Shown one piece after another: positions 34,920 through 39,387 of a stretch of DNA of 39,387 bases. Made by a program: the position numbers and the translations under genes. The stretch covers positions 1-39,387 of IMG/VR virus record IMGVR_UViG_3300045988_050620. One strand, 5' to 3'. Below the pieces are notes generated by a model. That model did not search any database. It was given only the letters and a program-made list of their open reading frames with translations, and was not told the DNA's origin. Source of the stretch: a virus. How positions within the stretch are numbered: the first letter of the stretch is position 1; every line of letters starts with the position of its first letter.

Positions 34920-35634
34920 CAGGACGTATTGGGAGAACTTACCGAGTGAAAAAACCTCCATAAATGAGAAACGGCTAAACAACGCCGAAAAAGGGATTGA
35001 CGATCTGGATGATCGTATAGTTGCTATGGACGCGGCAAAAGTCGATCTTGTCAAGGCGAATAATCTTGTAGAAGAAATTACTTACGAGGAAGCAACCGGT
35101 ATATTGACCATTACTAAAATGAATGGCTCTAAAGATATAATTGATACTAAACTTGAAAAGCTGGCTGTGAATTTTAGCTATAACCCGCAGACACAGCAAC
35201 TTGTGATAACGCTAGATGATGGTACAACGCAGAATGTAGATTTATCCGCGCTAATCACGCAGTATGAGTTCTTGGATTCCGATACGATCGCATTTGCAAT
35301 CGGCAGTGACGGCAAGGTGTCCGCAATCGTGAAAGAGGGAAGTATCCAAGAAAAGCATCTGCGCCCGGATTATCTTGCAGATATTAAAGTGGAATCTGCC
35401 AAGGCTGTAGCATCTGCCAAAAGTGCAAAAGAGTCCGAAACCAACGCGGCAAAATCTGCCACAGATTCCAAAAATAGCGTAGACCGAGCGCAGGGAATCG
35501 AAAACGAGATTAACAAGAAACTCACAATGACAGAATTTGATGTGAATGAGGATGGGGAGTTGATTTACACGGACAATTCTGCTTATAACTTTGTCGTTGA
35601 CAATGACGGAAATTTAAATTGGGAGGTGGCTTAG
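34903..35634 (+). CDS. Tail fibre / baseplate-distal structural protein
   Basis: 243 aa. The N-terminal WENLPSEKTSINEKRLNNAEKGIDDLDDRI is common in Firmicutes phage fibre proteins, followed by an A/K/S-rich coiled segment. Confidence 0.7.
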   Translation: MQKIYSRTYWENLPSEKTSINEKRLNNAEKGIDDLDDRIVAMDAAKVDLVKANNLVEEITYEEATGILTITKMNGSKDIIDTKLEKLAVNFSYNPQTQQLVITLDDGTTQNVDLSALITQYEFLDSDTIAFAIGSDGKVSAIVKEGSIQEKHLRPDYLADIKVESAKAVASAKSAKESETNAAKSATDSKNSVDRAQGIENEINKKLTMTEFDVNEDGELIYTDNSAYNFVVDNDGNLNWEVA

Positions 35635-35635
35635 A

Positions 35636-36409
35636 ATGGCTATAGCAGGAAGAGTAGCAATTGTACCAAAGGGCGATTGGAGCGCAAATGCTACATATAA
35701 GAGATTGGATGCAGTGACTTATAACAATACATTGTATTTTGCGAAAAAGGAAGTTCCGGCAGGAACAGCGACGAGCAATACAGAATATTGGTCTAAGTCT
35801 ATCGTGGGTGGTGCTAGTGCGATTGCAACAACAGAGGATGCCGGAGTTGTAAAGCCGGACGGAAAGAGCATGAGCGTAGATGAGAGTGGAACGCTTAGCA
35901 TTAACTTGGATGGAACCACAATTACATTAGATGAAGCGAAAAACGTCATAAAGTTGGCAGATACCTTAAAGGATGCCATCAATGGAGCGTTTCCGGCGGC
36001 GAATGTGGCGAATAATCAGATCACCACAGTGGAAGGCTTCGCACTTGATGCGCGGCAGGCGAACCCGAATATTGATGGAACACTTGCAAAGCAGATAAGT
36101 GATTTAAACAATGATTTAAATGATCACCTATATGGTTTTCGCTGGAGAAAATTTATCAATACTTGGACATCTGCATCGCAAATTGATTCCGGTTGTGGTA
36201 TCTATAATATTGGTGAAATATCATCAGATTATTGGAGCTCTATTTGTAAAAATGAGAAATTGCAAAATGTTGGCGATTACGTACTGATTATATTCCAATG
36301 GAATGGAACAGAATCAGCCCTTCGTTTTTCCGTTGGGCTTTTAATAAGTTGTCGAATGAGTAATTTAATTTATGTAACCGTCTGGAATGGAGAATTTAAT
36401 TTAACATAG
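35636..36409 (+). CDS. Tail fibre / receptor-binding protein (currently carrying tip variant 1)
   Basis: 257 aa. The N-terminal GDWSANATYKRLDAVTYNNTLYFAKK is fibre-like. It is the last structural gene. Confidence 0.8.
   Translation: MAIAGRVAIVPKGDWSANATYKRLDAVTYNNTLYFAKKEVPAGTATSNTEYWSKSIVGGASAIATTEDAGVVKPDGKSMSVDESGTLSINLDGTTITLDEAKNVIKLADTLKDAINGAFPAANVANNQITTVEGFALDARQANPNIDGTLAKQISDLNNDLNDHLYGFRWRKFINTWTSASQIDSGCGIYNIGEISSDYWSSICKNEKLQNVGDYVLIIFQWNGTESALRFSVGLLISCRMSNLIYVTVWNGEFNLT
36106..36117 (+). repeat. Left inverted repeat AAACAATGATTT inside the fibre CDS
   Basis: The exact reverse complement is at 36712..36723. The extended match is 15/17 (36104..36120 versus 36709..36725). Confidence 0.7.
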
Positions 36410-36449
36410 AAACATCATATTATGATGAAATAATTTGCATGGACTAAAA

Positions 36450-36722
36450 TTAACTGATTTTGTGCCATGAGCTCCATCCATTGGCAAGATCCACATATCC
36501 GTTGTAAAATTTGAGGTAAATTCCATCCAAAGCTGTTGTAATAAATATAAGAAATCTCCACTTATTTTCACTTCCATATACAATAAACAATAAACCATAG
36601 TCACAATTATCAGGCAAATTTTTGGTAGTATTGTTTGTTAAATATATGCCCGGTTGATTTTGTAGATCTAAAGCATCTACTAATAGTAGATTCGTATTAA
36701 ACAAAGACTTCAAATCATTGTT
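36450..36722 (-). other. Silent alternative fibre C-terminal cassette (tip variant 2): no start codon, no RBS
   Basis: The minus-strand frame is open from the codon after TGA (36725..36723) to TAA (36452..36450). It begins N-N-D-L exactly as fibre residues 158..161 and resembles the expressed tip. Confidence 0.7.
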
Positions 36723-36723
36723 T
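36712..36723 (-). repeat. Right inverted repeat (AAACAATGATTT on the minus strand)
   Basis: See 36106..36117. Confidence 0.7.
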
Positions 36724-36728
36724 CATGG

Positions 36729-36766
36729 AAATATGGTACAAACACAGCCCGAACGGGCGTTATACT
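36729..36766 (+). promoter_or_regulatory. Late-promoter-like motif copy 4 (variant)
   Basis: AAATATGGTACAAAC, 17 nt spacer, TATACT. The spacer contains CGAACGGGCGTT. Confidence 0.5.
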
Positions 36767-36843
36767 GATGTTTAATCAAAATTATCGAACAAATATTCGA
36801 ATGAACTTATAAACCATTTTTATTAAAGAAAGGAATTAAAAAC

Positions 36844-37242
36844 ATGGATAAAATTATTTTAAAAGATCAGACCAGCTTCGAGGTTGCCGATGGTGCAAGC
36901 CTTGGAAACATCCAGATCAAAGCCGAGAACTTTGAAGCCATTAAAACGATTACGGATGCATTTACTGCGGACAACCTTGCGGAAGTGACATTTAAGCACA
37001 ATAATGAGGCATCCGGAAAGTACACAGATCTGAAGTGTGATGGGTTTACATACGCACCGAATACGGACGAGGCAGGTAAGGAAGATGGAACCTACACGGT
37101 AACTATCAGGCTGCGAACCAAAACCGAAATTGAAAAGCGCCTTGATGCGCTGGAAACAGGACAGGTAACATTGCAACAGGGACATGAGTCCAACGCTGGA
37201 GCAATCGAAGATCTGGCCGGAATGATCGGAGGTGAAGAATAA
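36844..37242 (+). CDS. Hypothetical phage protein (XkdW-position)
   Basis: 132 aa with a weak AAAGGAA SD-like element upstream. Lies after the fibre genes. Confidence 0.75.
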   Translation: MDKIILKDQTSFEVADGASLGNIQIKAENFEAIKTITDAFTADNLAEVTFKHNNEASGKYTDLKCDGFTYAPNTDEAGKEDGTYTVTIRLRTKTEIEKRLDALETGQVTLQQGHESNAGAIEDLAGMIGGEE

Positions 37243-37376
37243 TGGCATGTAGCAATCTTATTAAATTCTATGTCCGCCGGATTACGGTTGATAAAAAAAT
37301 GACGATTGATGATGTTCCAGAACGCTGGCGTGAACAGGTGCGGGCAGAAATTGAAAAGGCAGAGCAGGCAGTGTAG
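37242..37376 (+). CDS. Small XkdX/CD1375-like protein (44 aa)
   Basis: TAATG coupling with the upstream gene. MACSNLIKFYVRRITVDKKMTIDDVPERWREQVRAEI matches the ..KMT.D.VPE....V.. pattern of small tail-module proteins. Confidence 0.6.
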   Translation: MACSNLIKFYVRRITVDKKMTIDDVPERWREQVRAEIEKAEQAV

Positions 37377-37377
37377 T

Positions 37378-37399
37378 GGCATCTTCGGATGCCTTCTAT
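37378..37399 (+). terminator. Hairpin GGCATC-TTCG-GATGCC plus a T-rich tail
   Basis: 6-bp GC-rich stem with a UUCG tetraloop, followed by TTCTATT. Confidence 0.45.
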
Positions 37400-37432
37400 T
37401 GACTTGTGTGATAACTATTTTTATCATATAAT
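37399..37432 (+). promoter_or_regulatory. Sigma-70-type promoter of the membrane-protein cassette
   Basis: TTGACT, 17 nt spacer, TATCAT (alternatively TTGTGT, 17 nt spacer, TATAAT). Confidence 0.6.
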
Positions 37433-37456
37433 AAAAGAAAAAGGAGAAAATAAATT

Positions 37457-38110
37457 ATGGAAACTTTTTTATATGTACTAGGCAATAATGAGGTTGTTTC
37501 AGAAATTTTGATTATATTTATAATGTCATTGACCCTTTTGGTGTCTGTTATTTCCACTTACAAATCAAAGCAAAAAATTGATTTGAAAACGATGAAAAAT
37601 GAAGCGGATGAGATTGATAAAGCCATTCAGAACATTAGTATATTATATAGAAATACATCCGACGGAAGAGAGAATAAGCCTAATGAAAAAAATATATTAA
37701 ACATGATGATGGATAATGTAAGTGAATTAAGAGAGTATTATGTTATAAGTAAGCAACAAGCAAGAAAATCTTTTTCAGCAGCACTTTTTATATGCTTTTT
37801 TGGAATTTTTATTTATGTGTTAGGAATAATTACATATATTATATTTGATAAGAACATATCTATTATTTCTGTAATAGGGGGAACTGTAGTAGAGGTTATT
37901 GCAGGTTTATTCTTTTGGTTATATAGAGAAGCAACTAAGCAGTTAGGAATATATCATCAAAGACTCGGGTCTACAGAGAAATATTTAACTGTTATACAAA
38001 TTATTAAAGAGATGCCAAAGGAAGAACAAGCGGAATTATTTAAAGGATTAACAAAAGCAATACTGACTGATAATAGAGAAATTATCTCTCATGAAAACGA
38101 AAAAGGATGA
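37457..38110 (+). CDS. Membrane protein: N-terminal TM, coiled linker, then a 2TM hairpin module (SLATT / TRADD-N-associated 2TM-like, putative)
   Basis: 217 aa, markedly AT-rich. The segment ELREYYVISKQQARKSFSAALFICFFGIFIYVLG...VIGGTVVEVIAGLFFWLYREATKQL shows the 2TM hairpin. It has its own promoter and terminator. Confidence 0.8.
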   Translation: METFLYVLGNNEVVSEILIIFIMSLTLLVSVISTYKSKQKIDLKTMKNEADEIDKAIQNISILYRNTSDGRENKPNEKNILNMMMDNVSELREYYVISKQQARKSFSAALFICFFGIFIYVLGIITYIIFDKNISIISVIGGTVVEVIAGLFFWLYREATKQLGIYHQRLGSTEKYLTVIQIIKEMPKEEQAELFKGLTKAILTDNREIISHENEKG

Positions 38111-38128
38111 AATTGCGGGGATTTCAAG

Positions 38129-38153
38129 CAGGCCATAACAGGCCTGTTTTTTT
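38129..38153 (+). terminator. Rho-independent terminator
   Basis: CAGGCC, loop ATAACA, GGCCTG, then TTTTTTT. Confidence 0.8.
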
Positions 38154-38160
38154 AATGCCT

Positions 38161-38198
38161 TAAATTGGTACAAATAGTGCACGAATAGGCATTATACT
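38161..38198 (+). promoter_or_regulatory. Late-promoter-like motif copy 5 (upstream of the lysis genes)
   Basis: TAAATTGGTACAAAT, 17 nt spacer, TATACT. Confidence 0.65.
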
Positions 38199-38227
38199 TT
38201 ATTCATAAAGATTAAGGAGTGCACCGA

Positions 38228-38521
38228 ATGATCAAATTCATATCAGACAACTGGCAGTTAATAACTGCTTTTGCAGGCGCAATTCTATTCCTGTATAGAC
38301 AGGTAATTGCCACTCGCAAGGGTGTCAGGGCGTTGCTCCGTGCCGACCTCATACGCCTGTACAATAAATACCATGATGATCTCGGATATTGCCCGGTATA
38401 TGTTAAGCAGTCCTTAGAGGATGAATACCAGCAATATCACGCGCTTCATGGGAACGGAGTAGGAACGCAACTATATAACGCATTGATGGCTCTACCAACA
38501 GAGCCACAGGAAGGAGACTAA
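38228..38521 (+). CDS. Lysis-cassette protein with a single N-terminal TM (holin-like or holin accessory)
   Basis: AAGGAG lies 8 nt upstream of ATG 38228. LITAFAGAILFLY is the TM. First gene of the lysis operon. Confidence 0.7.
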   Translation: MIKFISDNWQLITAFAGAILFLYRQVIATRKGVRALLRADLIRLYNKYHDDLGYCPVYVKQSLEDEYQQYHALHGNGVGTQLYNALMALPTEPQEGD

Positions 38522-38522
38522 T

Positions 38523-38750
38523 ATGCCAAAAAATTGTGTATTCAAAGTATCAGTAAACACGCAGAAATGGGCAAAGGCCGCAGCAGTCAGAGCAGTGAAG
38601 ACTATGGCGCAGACAGCTATTGCTGTTATCGGAACAAGTGCAGTCGTGTCTGCAGTAGACTGGAAGATGGTAGTATCAGCATCGATTGTTGCAGGCTTGG
38701 TATCGCTACTCACCAGTGTAGCCGGCATCCCGGAAGTTAAGGAGGAATAG
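38523..38750 (+). CDS. Holin (r1t-type)
   Basis: AAVRAVKTMAQTAIAVIG...VDWKMVVSASIVAGLVSLLTSVAGIPE matches the r1t holin pattern. 75 aa, directly before the endolysin. Confidence 0.85.
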   Translation: MPKNCVFKVSVNTQKWAKAAAVRAVKTMAQTAIAVIGTSAVVSAVDWKMVVSASIVAGLVSLLTSVAGIPEVKEE

Positions 38751-38751
38751 C

Positions 38752-39291
38752 ATGGCAATTACAAAAGCAATCAAAGCAATTGCAAAGCAGTTGTTTGCGA
38801 ATCCGAAAAACTATGGAAATAAGAGAAGTTTAAAATCCATCAAGTACATCGTTATCCATTACACTGCCAATGACGGCGATACAGATGAAGCAAATGCGAA
38901 ATACTTCCATAATAATGTGGTCAAAGCCAGCGCACATTATTTCGTCGATGATGATTCTTACACGAAGTCGGTGCCGCTTAAAAACATTGCTTGGTCCGTT
39001 GGTGGGAAAAAATATCCGAACTGTGGGAAGACAGGCGGTGGAAAAAAGTATGGACTTTGCACAAATGCCAACTCAATCAACATCGAGTTGTGCGATACTG
39101 TAAAGGACGGAAAAGCTGGAGCGTCAGCAGTAACGATTCGGAATGCTGTTACACTCACGAAAAAACTGATGAAGAAATATAACATCGATAAGGCACACGT
39201 TGTCCGGCACTTTGATGTAACTGGAAAAGCTTGTCCGGCATACTGGGTAGATGATAAGAAGTGGAAGAAAGAATTTTTGGACAAGCTATAG
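38752..39291 (+). CDS. Endolysin, N-acetylmuramoyl-L-alanine amidase (Amidase_2/PGRP fold)
   Basis: IVIHYTAN...AHYFVDD...NSINIELC...VVRHFDVTGKACP. No separate cell-wall-binding domain is visible. Confidence 0.9.
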   Translation: MAITKAIKAIAKQLFANPKNYGNKRSLKSIKYIVIHYTANDGDTDEANAKYFHNNVVKASAHYFVDDDSYTKSVPLKNIAWSVGGKKYPNCGKTGGGKKYGLCTNANSINIELCDTVKDGKAGASAVTIRNAVTLTKKLMKKYNIDKAHVVRHFDVTGKACPAYWVDDKKWKKEFLDKL

Positions 39292-39294
39292 TTA

Positions 39295-39318
39295 GATGAC
39301 ACGAAAGATGACACGAAA
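39295..39318 (+). promoter_or_regulatory. Tandem GATGACACGAAA x2, candidate integrase arm-type sites (right arm)
   Basis: Same orientation and sequence as 151..173. It lies 43 nt from the attR core. Confidence 0.5.
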
Positions 39319-39361
39319 ATTAATAATCCCATAAATAAGCCGTTCTATAACTTTTGTATGA

Positions 39362-39387
39362 GGGTTCGACTCCCGTCTAGTCCACTA
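39362..39387 (+). repeat. attR core, a copy of the tRNA/tmRNA 3' end
   Basis: Identical to 1..26. Confidence 0.85.

Noticed and set aside
1-39387. Searched by eye for CRISPR arrays, reverse transcriptase/DGR or retron signatures, toxin-antitoxin pairs, serine recombinases and phage-encoded tRNAs.
   Set aside because: None were found. The only tRNA-like sequence is the att core. The two-tier hairpin at 12633..12684 is too short for a tRNA. All periodic repeats seen lie inside coding sequence (tape measure, methyltransferase, replication protein).

Overview
The window is one complete, integrated temperate prophage of about 39.3 kb. It looks siphovirus-like (long tape measure, no sheath gene) and Firmicutes/Clostridia-style (strong AGGAGG ribosome-binding sites, tightly coupled genes). 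It is bounded by a perfect 26-bp direct repeat (1..26 and 39362..39387) that is the 3' end of a tRNA or tmRNA gene. Gene order, left to right: (1) lysogeny module on the minus strand: tyrosine integrase, Zn-ribbon membrane protein, ImmA-like peptidase, XRE repressor; (2) divergent immunity promoters with palindromic operators; (3) early, recombination and replication genes: Cro-like and other HTH proteins, DUF1351, Erf, NinB-like, RusA-like, DnaD-like; (4) accessory block: YopX, DUF551, ASCH-like, PP-loop/PAPS-reductase-like, a reverse-strand DUF4145 gene, a large C5 DNA methyltransferase, a second tyrosine recombinase; (5) a small late-regulator candidate; (6) an inserted two-gene cassette (LexA DNA-binding-domain-only protein plus a membrane protein); (7) terS/terL, portal, head morphogenesis, scaffold, capsid, connectors, major tail, chaperones, tape measure, Dit-like, Tal with S74 chaperone domain, two fibre proteins; (8) two small XkdW/XkdX-position genes; (9) a self-contained membrane-protein cassette; (10) holin(s) and an Amidase_2 endolysin. 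The most interesting signals are: an apparently invertible tail-fibre tip (in-frame 12-bp inverted repeats around two opposed alternative C-terminal cassettes), possibly served by the mid-genome tyrosine recombinase; a five-copy non-canonical promoter motif (TAAATTGGTACAAAT-N17-TAnAnT) ahead of the late operons, two copies of which drive short terminated leaders; a cleavage-domain-less LexA homologue with SOS-box-like sites; and several self-contained accessory genes (DUF4145 protein, 2TM-like membrane protein) that are candidates for prophage-encoded defence. All domain calls come from reading the translated ORFs by eye. No database search was run.
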